Program-made: the position numbers and the translations under genes
Source: Synechococcus sp.
GTDB lineage: Bacteria; Cyanobacteriota; Cyanobacteriia; PCC-6307; Cyanobiaceae
NCBI GenBank assembly: GCA_047284725.1
Contig: JBJBEO010000001.1
Span: forward strand, 2,232,203 to 2,296,202
Length of the DNA stretch: 64,000 nt
Direction of reading: 5' to 3'
Shown: piece by piece, positions 39,745 to 49,877 of the stretch
How the letters are laid out: each line of letters opens with the position of its first letter
How positions within the stretch are numbered: the stretch's first letter is position 1
Notes under the pieces: model-generated
Seen by the model: the letters and a program-made list of their open reading frames with translations, nothing else
Told to the model about the DNA's origin: nothing
The model's database searches: none

Positions 39745-40898
39745 AATTGTAACAACGCGTTCTTGAGAGTATCGCGAACAGTCAGTTGATCATCGTTACT
39801 GAGCTTAGTATGCAGAGGTAAAGTCAAAGCTTTGGCGTAATATTTTTCAGATTTATCAAGTAAATCATACTTGTCGAGATTTTTGTAGAAAGGCTGTGTA
39901 TGGATGGGCTGATAATGAACGTTCACGCCTATATTAAGAGATTTAAGGTGCTGAAAGATTGCCGATTTACGCTCTATATCATTATCAGAAAGCTGAATAA
40001 CAAATAAATGCCAAGAGGATGTTTTAAGTTGTGATCGTTGTGGCAGGCAAATAGGCAGATCTGCCAAGATCTGGAAATAATTATCAACAAGATCTTTCCT
40101 GCGCTTTAAGAAATATTCCAACTTATGCAGTTGCGTTATCCCGAGAGATGCTTGAATGTCAGTCATTCTATAATTAAAACCTAGACATATTTGTTGGTAT
40201 TCCCATAACTCAAGGGTACTCTCAGTAGAGTTTTCTCGCGTGACTCCATGTGAACGCAAAAGTTTCATTTTTTCGTATAGGGTTTTACTATTAGTCAAGG
40301 CCACTCCTCCTTCACCAGTAGTAATCATTTTTACAGGGTGAAAGCTAAAAACAGTTATGTCCGAGAATTTGCACGAGCCAACAAGAGTATCTCGATAAAT
40401 TGCGCCAACAGCATGAGAAGCATCTTCAATAATTTTAAAACCATACTCCTTAGAAAGTTTATAAATCTCATACATGTCACAAGAAGCGCCAGCAAAATGA
40501 ACTGGTATTAGAATTTTTGGAAGTTTATTAGCTAGTTTTGCTTTTAACAGTTTTTGTCTCAGAGAATCTGTGCAAATATTATAAGTCTCTGGATTGATAT
40601 CTACAAAGTCAACTTTGGCTCCACACATCAATGCACAATTAGCACTTGAAACAAAGGAGTTAGGTGAGGTCCACACTATATCATCATTTGTTAATCCTAA
40701 AGATAGGCATGCAATATGAAGCGCACTTGTAGCACTATTAACTGCAATGCCGAAACTAGAACCAGTAATCTGGCAAATTGCCGACTCAAAGGATGGAACC
40801 ATTGGTCCTTGAGTCAAAAAGTCTGAATTAAGAACATTAATAACTTGTTCGATATCTCTTTCGTCAAGATCTTGAGACCCATAGGTGTTAAGCTTCAT
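39741..40898 (-). CDS. pseC: UDP-4-amino-4,6-dideoxy-N-acetyl-beta-L-altrosamine transaminase
   Basis: YGSQ, LTQGP, EDASHA, FSFHPVK.ITTGEGG, LRSHG, GFNYRMTD. Confidence 0.92.
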   Translation of the reverse strand: MKLNTYGSQDLDERDIEQVINVLNSDFLTQGPMVPSFESAICQITGSSFGIAVNSATSALHIACLSLGLTNDDIVWTSPNSFVSSANCALMCGAKVDFVDINPETYNICTDSLRQKLLKAKLANKLPKILIPVHFAGASCDMYEIYKLSKEYGFKIIEDASHAVGAIYRDTLVGSCKFSDITVFSFHPVKMITTGEGGVALTNSKTLYEKMKLLRSHGVTRENSTESTLELWEYQQICLGFNYRMTDIQASLGITQLHKLEYFLKRRKDLVDNYFQILADLPICLPQRSQLKTSSWHLFVIQLSDNDIERKSAIFQHLKSLNIGVNVHYQPIHTQPFYKNLDKYDLLDKSEKYYAKALTLPLHTKLSNDDQLTVRDTLKNALLQL

Positions 40899-40910
40899 GT
40901 TTAAACCAGT

Positions 40911-41900
40911 TTAGTGAGAATAATTATTCGAAATCCAGGCAGAGAGAGTCTCCGATGTCATCCAATTTCTATTAGTATTACTAGAATAACAAAAATTTGG
41001 GTCAACAAGAGTTCCGTTTTTTATTCTTGACGGGCATTCGTTCCAGTTATTTATTTGTGGTAGAATCTTAAAGTAATTATCATATTCAAAGGTAGACAAA
41101 GAGTCTTCGCATCCAATCATTTGTTCATGAAGCTTTTCTCCGGGTCTGATGCCAACTATTTCGTAGTCCGAGTTCGGACGTACTGCTTTGGCAATATCTA
41201 ATATATTCATAGACGGTATCTTCTTAACATATATTTCTCCTCCCATCATATCATCAAATGCATGCCATACCAAATTAACGCCCTGCTCGAGAGTAATCAT
41301 AAACCTCGTCATGCCTGGATCAGTAATTGGTGTCTTTTTAGAGCTAGGTAAGGACAAGAAATAAGGAATTACTGAGCCTCTTGAACCCATTACATTTCCA
41401 TATCTAACAACGGCAAACTGTGTTTGGTGCCCTAAAGCGTAGGAGGAATTACTAGCTACAAATAACTTATCAGAGGCTAGTTTAGTTGCGCCATATAAAT
41501 TAACTGGGCTGCTGGCTTTATCAGTAGATAAAGCTACTATTTTTTTAACCCCTTGATCAATGGCAGCATCGATCAAATTCATGGCACCGTCAATATTTGT
41601 TTTAATGCATTCAAAAGGATTGTATTCTGCGATAGGGACAATCTTAGTTGCGGCCGCATGTACTACATAATCGACACCATGAAGAGCTCTGTACAAACGG
41701 CTTTTATCTCTAACATCACCAATAAAAAACCTTACGCGATCATCATTGTTGTATTTTTTTGCCATTTCCCATTGTTTCATCTCGTCGCGAGAAAATATAA
41801 TTACTTTTCTTGGATTATACTTTTCTAAAGTTAAAGGGACAAAAGCGTTACCAAATGATCCAGTTCCGCCCGTTATCAAAATCACAGAATTTTCTAACAT
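40911..41900 (-). CDS. pseB: UDP-GlcNAc 4,6-dehydratase (inverting)
   Basis: GGTGSFG, SRDEMKQ, AEYNP, STDKA, YGATK, RYGNVMGSRGSV. Confidence 0.95.
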   Translation of the reverse strand: MLENSVILITGGTGSFGNAFVPLTLEKYNPRKVIIFSRDEMKQWEMAKKYNNDDRVRFFIGDVRDKSRLYRALHGVDYVVHAAATKIVPIAEYNPFECIKTNIDGAMNLIDAAIDQGVKKIVALSTDKASSPVNLYGATKLASDKLFVASNSSYALGHQTQFAVVRYGNVMGSRGSVIPYFLSLPSSKKTPITDPGMTRFMITLEQGVNLVWHAFDDMMGGEIYVKKIPSMNILDIAKAVRPNSDYEIVGIRPGEKLHEQMIGCEDSLSTFEYDNYFKILPQINNWNECPSRIKNGTLVDPNFCYSSNTNRNWMTSETLSAWISNNYSH

Positions 41901-42329
41901 TGCTAAAAACTTAGATAACATTAATTTTAGCATATGGGGGCCAGCGCGTGTCAGCAGCACTGCAGTATCGCAAGCCCATACTTTGACACTGTGCTTCAAT
42001 CCCCAGCAAAAAAATTCAACAGTAGTGGTTAAGGGTTTAAATGATTTGAAACTTTTGGCGACTTTGCAAGGCGAAGATTCTCAATATCCATACAAAGCGC
42101 AGAGTAACTTGCTGAAACCGAGTCGGGGACTCTGGGACGCGGCGAGAAGCTTTACTTTGATGATATCAGTTAATGACATGCAAAGTTGTTATTTGACAAG
42201 CGCAGGCGCAGACACCTCTAGCAAGCTGGCGCAAAGACTATGCTAAATGTTTGCTATATTTTGGCTTGATCTATACTTTTTATGTGGGCATTATGTACTT
42301 TTCATTCTTTCCGTATTTGAGACCATAAA

Positions 42330-44060
42330 GACACAGTGAGTGAATCTTGAGGCTCAAGAGCAATTGCTAACTTATGAAGCTTTAGAGATAGTTGATCGCA
42401 ATAGAGGCAATACTATTTTACCCTGTATTTTATTACATAAACCTTCAATGCAACAAAAAAATCAATTAATAGCACTTCATACAGCTTTTCGCCGGATCTT
42501 ATCCCAGTGCAAACAAGTTGGATAGAACCGTGGGAATTACTTCGGTTCTTAAAGAAAGGTCACTTGTACACCATATGCTCAGCAAGAAATTATATTCAAA
42601 CCAGCTGTCTCAGACCCAAGAAGAACAGGTAACCTACCAAAGCATCATGCAATAAAGAATGATCTCCTTGTAAGTCAACATTATTTGTCCACTAGCTGTA
42701 ATCTATTGCGGAACAGAGGAACGACAGATCCAGAAGGCGCAAGGACATTAGCAAAACTCACCATCACAAATAGAGTGAAGTCTGAAGGTTGCTACTCAAC
42801 CACTAGCTCAGCCTAACCTTTACTAGCCCCAACATGTTGGTAAACCGCACGTCTTAATCGATTAAAATGAAAACAAGCAAACAAGTCCACAGTGATTGTC
42901 TAATTAAATACAATAGGTATGTTCAAAATATTCTTACCAAAAATGCCAAAAGATTTGCTTGGCCAATGGAACATGCTATACCCAACATTATGGAATACAA
43001 CATTCACTTCATATTCACTGAAGCAACAATCCCCCAAAGACGCGTCAGCAGTACTGCCAAGCGCAGGCAAACCTCCACTCCCGCGAACAGCGGAACAAAC
43101 CCTTACTTAATGAAATAGAGGCTAGGTTCGCTGATTTCCTACGAAGCCAGCCTACGCGGCTTAAAAGCAAGGATTTAACGACAAAGTTCCGAACCGGTAA
43201 AGCGAACCGCAACGGTGACGCAGATAAAGGTCCTAGTAATTCCAGGCCAAGTAGACAAGAATCCGTCGGTACTGGATCACGACATAGAAATTTCTCTACC
43301 TGAATCACTTACAGCACATCGATGCGTGAGCGGAGCCTTATGATCTCCTCGATGAAGGGGATCTGAATAATGGGAATACCGCTCAGCTGCAGAACATCTA
43401 CAATCTGACGAAACTTGGTAAAACTCAGCGAAGACATCCAGAATAAATTTGATCAATCGCTTAAACTCGCTGTTTCAATATCTGCGGTTACTAAATCAAT
43501 ACCCCATTGATCGAAAGACTCCAAGGATTCGGATAGTCATCAACAATTACCTAGTCACTTTGGCTATTGGCAAGACACAGTGAGTTCATAAGGTGAACCC
43601 CAGCATCCAGCATCATTGGTGCAATACAGAGCCACAGGGATAAGGAAGTTTTTAAGCTTGCTGTGCAAATTAAGCAAGATGTTGCTCAAAACGAAGTGAA
43701 CAGAGACGCTGAGGCCCATTAACAACAGCCATAGCAACGGCCAACTGCGACAAGGTGGCATAGGCAGGCGCAATAGTCGAGCAAAGTCCAAGAGAATCAA
43801 CACCCACAAGCCATTGGGGAACGTAAGTATGTAAGGTGCAATACTCTTCACATTTCGAGTGATGCATTTTTATTGGCAACTAAAAGTATAGAGTGGGAAA
43901 AGAACTGGCCAAACAGACGGCAACAGCAAATCCAGCGTTGCAAAAGCTCGAGTGAAGAAAGTAGGCGAGCCAAACGTTCGCCATATCGCTAAAGGCAGGA
44001 GTGAGGCGCCAACAGCTAGTAACAATTAGGATTGAAGTAGATCAAGTCGCAACCATTTGG
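42330..44060 (-). pseudogene. heavily decayed CapD/WbpM/PglF pseudogene
   Basis: Colinear fragments LLPLAIW, LRLPMPP..W.LLWLLL, RQIVDVLQ, RDPVP, GSELCR, VFH..Y.HVPL, SGSVVPLFR, CTGIRSGEKLYEVLLID, interrupted by many stops and frameshifts; end points approximate. Confidence 0.88.
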
Positions 44061-44074
44061 AATCAAAAAATCTT

Positions 44075-44390
44075 TCAATTCTCACATGCTCTCTTTACCA
44101 ATAGAGGATTTATGAGAAAGCGAGGAGGGCTGATACTTCAACGGGGGGATGGGCAGTGAAACTTATCAATCCCAAATAGCAGGCCAATCGCATAGTAATA
44201 TTGGTTGCGATAGTACAGGAGCGAAGTTAAAACGATAGATATATTCTGACTTCGGTCATGCGAACCTGTAGCATCCATTCCTCTGAAAAAGCTTTCTGCA
44301 ATACACGGGAGGAAAAGGAAACATCTGCATAGAGCACAGATAAGCGGCTGTCTAGGAACCAATATGCGCCCACCCCGAAAATGCAAAAAT
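44075..44390 (-). pseudogene. possible 3' remnant of a DegT-family aminotransferase
   Basis: Fragments EVRIYL, LGLISFTAHP, LVKRACEN* resemble SEIYL, LGETSLMFLVHP, VVQRACR* of 15991-17160, and sit directly upstream of the capD fossil. Confidence 0.45.
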
Positions 44391-44393
44391 TAA

Positions 44394-45755
44394 ATGCATA
44401 AAAGAATAATATTAGCCTGGGAAACATCACAACGGCTTCCCGAACCGGAAGGCGGTCCGTCCATTGCCAGGCCTGGCTGTCGGAAGCATGAGCATAAAAT
44501 TTGCTTTATGAACCAGGATTCACCTAGCTCCAGATATCGACGACCTCGCCTCTCCGCCCTGCTAGGGCTTGGCATTTTCCTGCAGCCATCCGTAGCGACA
44601 GCTCAGGGCTTGATAGCCCCTCAGAGCTCGAAAGCTTCAATCCACTCATTACAAATCCAGGCTCCGGCAACTCAGCAAGCCGATCCCACGATGGGAGACG
44701 GTTACATTCTCGGTCCTGGCGACGCCTTAGTTATTGAGTTACTAGACGTGCCTGAATACTCGGGTGTCTTCACGATAGGTCCAGACGGAACCCTCTATTT
44801 GCCACGGCTCCGGTCTCTTGTCGTGGAAGGGCTTACCGTCGAGGAGTTGCGGTACTTCCTGACTCAACAGTTCAGCGCCTACGTTCGTGATCCGCAGGTA
44901 TTCGTTAGCCCTGCTGCCTTCAGGCCAATTAGAGTTTACATCGGCGGTGAGGTAGCCCGCCCAGGGTATTACTACCTGTCGGGGCAGCAGGCTGCTATTG
45001 GAGCTGAAAGCGTCGGTTCCGCCGCCAAGCCTGGATCAGTCAACCTCGCCACCGGCCAGGTCAGCGTCACAAGCCTGAGCTCGGGCAGCAGCAATCCGGC
45101 AACCGAGGCAGGTCCGACCATCGGTGGTGTTGTAGTCAATCGCGGGCTACGCCTTCCAACCGTTTTCGATGCTCTGCGCAGCGCCGGTGGTGTGACCCCT
45201 TTCTCCAAGCTGAATGAGGTGTCCGTTACCCGCAAACGCCCGCTCAGCAGCGGTGGCGGGAAGATGCGCACAACCCTCGATTTCCTCTCTCTGATCACCG
45301 AGGGCAACGAATCCCAGAACATTCGTTTGTTTGATGGTGACACCGTCGTGGTCGCTCGCTCCCCAGTGGAGTTGCGCGAGCAAATCATCAAGGCGGGCCA
45401 GACCAATCTCAGCCCCGACTTCCTTCAGGTGTATGTGACAGGTCGTGTTCGCGATCCAGGTTCCAAGGTGTTACCCCAAGGGGCTTCTCTCGATCAAGCC
45501 CTAGCCGCCGCCGGAGGCCAGAAGTTGTTGCGTGGACAGGTTGAGTTCATGCGCTTCAATCGCGACGGCACCACCGATAAGCGCAAGTTCTTCGTAGGTG
45601 GCGGTAATCCAGCAGGTTCTTACAAGAATCCGATCCTTATGGCAGGTGATGTGGTGCGAGTCAATGATTCGCCCCTCTCCGCCACTATTAACGTTCTCAA
45701 TGAGATCACCGGACCCGCCGTTGGCATCTATTCGGTGTACAACCTGTTCAAGTGA
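44394..45755 (+). CDS. polysaccharide export protein (Wza/SLBB family); start may be ATG 44508
   Basis: YILGPGD, IGPDG.LYLP, GEVARPG, SLBB repeats. Confidence 0.9.
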   Translation: MHKRIILAWETSQRLPEPEGGPSIARPGCRKHEHKICFMNQDSPSSRYRRPRLSALLGLGIFLQPSVATAQGLIAPQSSKASIHSLQIQAPATQQADPTMGDGYILGPGDALVIELLDVPEYSGVFTIGPDGTLYLPRLRSLVVEGLTVEELRYFLTQQFSAYVRDPQVFVSPAAFRPIRVYIGGEVARPGYYYLSGQQAAIGAESVGSAAKPGSVNLATGQVSVTSLSSGSSNPATEAGPTIGGVVVNRGLRLPTVFDALRSAGGVTPFSKLNEVSVTRKRPLSSGGGKMRTTLDFLSLITEGNESQNIRLFDGDTVVVARSPVELREQIIKAGQTNLSPDFLQVYVTGRVRDPGSKVLPQGASLDQALAAAGGQKLLRGQVEFMRFNRDGTTDKRKFFVGGGNPAGSYKNPILMAGDVVRVNDSPLSATINVLNEITGPAVGIYSVYNLFK

Positions 45756-47506
45756 TGACAACAGCTTCCACCGATCAGCCAATGCTACCCAACAAGTTGC
45801 AGGCCGACGAAGAAATTGATCTCGGCCAGGTGGCCGGCGCATTCGCCCGCCGTTGGCACTGGATCGCCGGCGGCGGCACCATTGGTCTTCTACTCTCAGG
45901 TCTTTACCTACTCACCGCCAAACCTGTGTATCAGGGTGAGTTCCAGATCGTGTTGTCTAATGAAAAGGGAAGTGGAGCAGCCTCCCTGCTTTCCCAGAAC
46001 CCTGGGCTAGCAGCTATCGCCGGCCTCGCAGGCGCCAGCGGCAGCGATTCGATCGCCACCGAGGTGCAGATTCTCAAAAGCCCGTCGGTGCTGAGGCCCG
46101 TCTTCGATGCTGTGGCGTCGCGCAAGCCCCCTGAACAAGCCAAAGCGATGCGGTTTCAAGATTGGGCCAAATCGGCAATCACGGCCAACGAGGAGAAGGG
46201 CACTTCCGTGCTCAACGTTGAATTTCGCGACACCGACGAGCAGCTGGTGCTACCGATCACCCGGATGATCTCGGAGGCTTACCAAAGTTATTCCAACCGC
46301 GGCCGTGCCCGTGAGCTTTCTAATGTGATCGCCTATCTGAAAGCTCAGATAGCTGTGACCAAGCCCCAGGCCGAGGCCAGCTCCCGCGCCGCCCTCGACT
46401 TTGGCTACGCCAACGGCCTCGGCCTGCTCGATGGCCTGCCCCTCGCCGGCAATGTGGCCGGTGCAGGTGTAAGCGAAGGATCTGGATCCAAGGTGGGCAC
46501 AGCTGGTGGCAGCATCGAAGCGGCCCGCACTAGTGCCCAACAAAAGGTCAAGGCCCTGGAAGTGCAAATCCAGGAAGCCACAAAAGCAGGTGCCGGCTCT
46601 CTCTATTTCGCCTCCCAGCTAGCCTCTCTCACCGACAAATCATCCACTTTCGACCAGCTCACCGCGGTGGAAACACGCCTGGCTGAGCACCGTTCGCGCT
46701 TGAAAGACAATGATCCTCTGGTGAAGAGACTGCAGCGCGAACGCAACACCCTGGTGCGCTACATCAACCAGCAGACAATTGCTTTGCTCAAAGGCGAACT
46801 AGACCTAGCCAAAGCCAACCTCCAGGCCCTCGATCGACCCAAGAATGTGGTGAGCCGTCACCGTGAGCTCACCCAGCAGGCTCTGCGCGATGAGGCCACC
46901 CTGGTAACCCTGCAGAACCAGCTTAAACAGTTCCAGCTGGAGAAGGCCCGTGACGCCAGCCCCTGGGAGCTGATCTCCACCCCAACTTTACTCAACAAAC
47001 CAGTCAGTCCCCGTCGCGGACCCACCATTGCCCTCGGAATGCTTGCCGGTCTGATGTTGGGCAGCGGCGGCGCGCTTATCACCGATCGCCGCAGCGGCCT
47101 CGTGTTCAACAGCGATGAACTATCTCGACATTTGCCTGGCCCTTTGCTCGAGCGTCTTCCCTGCCATGACGACGGGCGGCCGATCGAGGCCTGGCGTGCG
47201 CCGATTCAACTCCTGGCCGATGGCCCCCTCGCCGGTGGCAGTTCCCTGGCCCTGATTCCGGTGGGAACGATCGCGCCTGCCGACCTCGACGCCTTCTCGG
47301 CCAGCTTGCGTCAGGCGCTTGGGCCTCAACGGGAGCTGCTGATTAGCCGTGATTTGCTAGTCACCCGCGCCTGCAGCACCCAGCTGCTGTTGACAGCCCC
47401 AGGTGCCGCCAAGCGAGAACAACTGCGCCAACTGCGGGAGCAGCTAGCTCTTCAAGGGACACCAGTAGCCGGTTGGGTTCTGCTCGACACCAGCCTCGAG
47501 GCCTGA
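45752..47506 (+). CDS. polysaccharide co-polymerase (Wzz/Wzc/GumC-like) with degenerate kinase-like tail
   Basis: EEIDL, TM-P.Y, ILKSPSVL, PVSP-TM; no Walker A and no Tyr cluster. Confidence 0.85.
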   Translation: MMTTASTDQPMLPNKLQADEEIDLGQVAGAFARRWHWIAGGGTIGLLLSGLYLLTAKPVYQGEFQIVLSNEKGSGAASLLSQNPGLAAIAGLAGASGSDSIATEVQILKSPSVLRPVFDAVASRKPPEQAKAMRFQDWAKSAITANEEKGTSVLNVEFRDTDEQLVLPITRMISEAYQSYSNRGRARELSNVIAYLKAQIAVTKPQAEASSRAALDFGYANGLGLLDGLPLAGNVAGAGVSEGSGSKVGTAGGSIEAARTSAQQKVKALEVQIQEATKAGAGSLYFASQLASLTDKSSTFDQLTAVETRLAEHRSRLKDNDPLVKRLQRERNTLVRYINQQTIALLKGELDLAKANLQALDRPKNVVSRHRELTQQALRDEATLVTLQNQLKQFQLEKARDASPWELISTPTLLNKPVSPRRGPTIALGMLAGLMLGSGGALITDRRSGLVFNSDELSRHLPGPLLERLPCHDDGRPIEAWRAPIQLLADGPLAGGSSLALIPVGTIAPADLDAFSASLRQALGPQRELLISRDLLVTRACSTQLLLTAPGAAKREQLRQLREQLALQGTPVAGWVLLDTSLEA

Positions 47507-47514
47507 GACCCGAC

Positions 47515-48570
47515 ATGGCCCGTCTGCTCATCACCGGCGGTGCCGGCTTCATCGGCAGCCACACCTGCGTTGTTTTACTGGAGGCTGGCCATTTCCTTCT
47601 GGTGCTCGACGACTTCTCCAATAGCTCACCCATCGCCTTGGAGCGAGTCGCGGAACTGGCAGATGTGCCCCTCGGCAGCGAGCAGCTAATGCTGATTCGC
47701 GGTGACGTCCGCGATGCCTCCTTGCTGGAGGTGCTGTTCACAGAAGCCAAAGCCACCAACCACCCGATCGACGCTGTCATCCACTTCGCCGGCGTCAAGG
47801 CCGTCGGTGAATCCGTCGCCGATCCTCTGCGCTACTGGGATGTGAATGTCTGCGGCTCCCGAGTCCTGCTTACAGCAATGGATGCTCATGCTTGCAGGAC
47901 TTTAGTGTTCAGCAGCACCAGCACCGTCTACGGCGAACCCGACACCTTCCCTCTGACCGAAACCACCCCCACCAACCCCATTCACCCCTACGCCCAAACA
48001 AAACTGGCAGTAGAGCAGATGCTCAGTGCCTTAGCCGCCAAAGGAGATTGGCGCGTATCGGCCTTGCGTTACTTCAATCCCGTAGGGGCCCATCCTTCAG
48101 GTCGCATAGGAGAAGACCCCCTAGGCATCCCCAACAACCTCTTCCCCTTCATCACCCAGATAGCAGCAGGGCGACATGCACACCTGAAAGTGTACGGAGA
48201 CGACTACCCCACTCCCGATGGCACAGGCATCCGCGATTATCTACACGTCATAGATCTCGCCGAAGCCCATACCGCTGCGGTGGAACACCTTCTTCAGATC
48301 AAAGCCCCTTATTCCCAAACCCTGAACCTCGGCAGCGCTAAGGGCCTGAGTGTGCTCGACGTAGTCCAAGGATTCGAAGCCGCAACAGGCATCACCATCC
48401 CCTACGAAATCGTCGCGCGCCGTCCTGGTGACGTGCCAAAGCTCGAGGCCTGTCCCAAACGCGCCGAAGAGGTGCTCGGCTGGAAAGCAACACGCACCCT
48501 CGCGGACATCTGCCGCGACGGCTGGGCCTGGCAATCCGCCAATCCCCAGGGCTATAGGGGAAAGGCTTGA
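47515..48570 (+). CDS. galE: UDP-glucose 4-epimerase
   Basis: GGAGFIGSHT, HFAG.KAVGES, LRYFNP.GAH, DGT.IRDY. Confidence 0.96.
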   Translation: MARLLITGGAGFIGSHTCVVLLEAGHFLLVLDDFSNSSPIALERVAELADVPLGSEQLMLIRGDVRDASLLEVLFTEAKATNHPIDAVIHFAGVKAVGESVADPLRYWDVNVCGSRVLLTAMDAHACRTLVFSSTSTVYGEPDTFPLTETTPTNPIHPYAQTKLAVEQMLSALAAKGDWRVSALRYFNPVGAHPSGRIGEDPLGIPNNLFPFITQIAAGRHAHLKVYGDDYPTPDGTGIRDYLHVIDLAEAHTAAVEHLLQIKAPYSQTLNLGSAKGLSVLDVVQGFEAATGITIPYEIVARRPGDVPKLEACPKRAEEVLGWKATRTLADICRDGWAWQSANPQGYRGKA

Positions 48571-49877
48571 TGAACTTGGAAACTCTGCACAAGAACCTAT
48601 GCAGGCCCTTGCTGGCCATCGGCCTCGCTCACACAGCTCTTGGTCTGTCAACACCATTGCACGCTCAGGTGGTGTGGGAGCCGGTTAGTGAACAAAAGGC
48701 ACAGCAAGACGAGATCCTGGTGCGCAAGCCCGGTGGCTCGAGCAACGACCCGGTGCCACCTCAACCGATCGTCTGGACACCGGTCCCAAGCGAAGACAGC
48801 AGAACAGCAGATGAAAACAACGCGATCGTCTGGACCCCAGTGCCGGAAACCAAATCGATGGCAAGTGAGTCACCTCCCAACACCGCGGTGGTTTGGGAGG
48901 TGATCCCCGACAGAGACACCCCGCTCTCGCCTTCACCCAGCAATACCCTTGCAGAAGCAAGCCAAGGCTCTTCAGCCAACGCACAAGAAACCCCTCCCGC
49001 AGAGGTGATCGCTCAGGAATCAGCAATGCCGCAACGCATGTTGTCTGGCCCCCCGCCACCGCCTCCTCTGCAAACGCTCAACCGTTCCATCGCCTACGGC
49101 GATGGCTTAGTGGGTCCTGACATCGGTTGGCGAGTCCCAAACGGTTTGCGTTGGAATCGTCGATGGTTCGGTGATGCCACGGTGCAAGCAATTAACAGGC
49201 GCCAACAAGAAGATGACAACTTCTTAGACTTTGGCATAGGTGATGGCGAAGGAATCGTGCACGCCAACATTCTCCAAACCAAGAATTGGAGCGTGGGACT
49301 GAATTACTCTTTCCGCAGCCTGCAAAACAACCCCAACGTCGCTGGTGGAAACACAGACATCACCGATGGCATGTCGACAGGCTTCCGCATCGCTCGCGCG
49401 ATGGGCGACACCGGTGGCATTGCCTTCGGAGCCGAGCAGCTCATTCAATGGGACGACCAGACCGATACCGGACGGAACATTTATTTAATGGCAACAAAAG
49501 GCTGGTGGCTAGGAAATCAAGGCAATGACTATCCACTCCTGATTGCCAACGGCGGAGTGGGAACGGGCGCATTTCAATACGACAACCCTCTACGATTTGC
49601 TTGCATCAACAACGTTCAAACCCGGCCTGAGCCGAACTTTCAAAGAGACAGCGATCTCTGCTGGGGACCAATTGGGACCGTAGCCCTCGTTTTCAACGAA
49701 TACTTTGGGATTTTCACGGAATACAACGGCACAGCGACTACATTATCTGCATCACTCAATCTCACAGGTGGCATTCCAATACGCCTAACTTGGGGTATCA
49801 GCTTTGCTGACAGCAAGGAGCTCAGAGAAGAATTCGATCAATATAGGTGGAATTTTGGCGCAAGCATCGGCTTCTAA
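48567..49877 (+). CDS. putative outer-membrane beta-barrel protein with repetitive N-terminal linker
   Basis: Signal peptide (LHA-Q), four (V/I)VW(E/T)xV/I motifs, amphipathic strands, C-terminal ...ASIGF. Confidence 0.7.
   Translation: MMNLETLHKNLCRPLLAIGLAHTALGLSTPLHAQVVWEPVSEQKAQQDEILVRKPGGSSNDPVPPQPIVWTPVPSEDSRTADENNAIVWTPVPETKSMASESPPNTAVVWEVIPDRDTPLSPSPSNTLAEASQGSSANAQETPPAEVIAQESAMPQRMLSGPPPPPPLQTLNRSIAYGDGLVGPDIGWRVPNGLRWNRRWFGDATVQAINRRQQEDDNFLDFGIGDGEGIVHANILQTKNWSVGLNYSFRSLQNNPNVAGGNTDITDGMSTGFRIARAMGDTGGIAFGAEQLIQWDDQTDTGRNIYLMATKGWWLGNQGNDYPLLIANGGVGTGAFQYDNPLRFACINNVQTRPEPNFQRDSDLCWGPIGTVALVFNEYFGIFTEYNGTATTLSASLNLTGGIPIRLTWGISFADSKELREEFDQYRWNFGASIGF

Noticed and set aside
41746..42246. 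166-aa plus-strand ORF upstream of pseB
   Set aside because: Begins antisense to pseB and has no recognisable motif
42867..43879. Several short ORFs in the pseB-wza spacer as independent genes
   Set aside because: Explained as fragments or antisense shadows of the capD pseudogene
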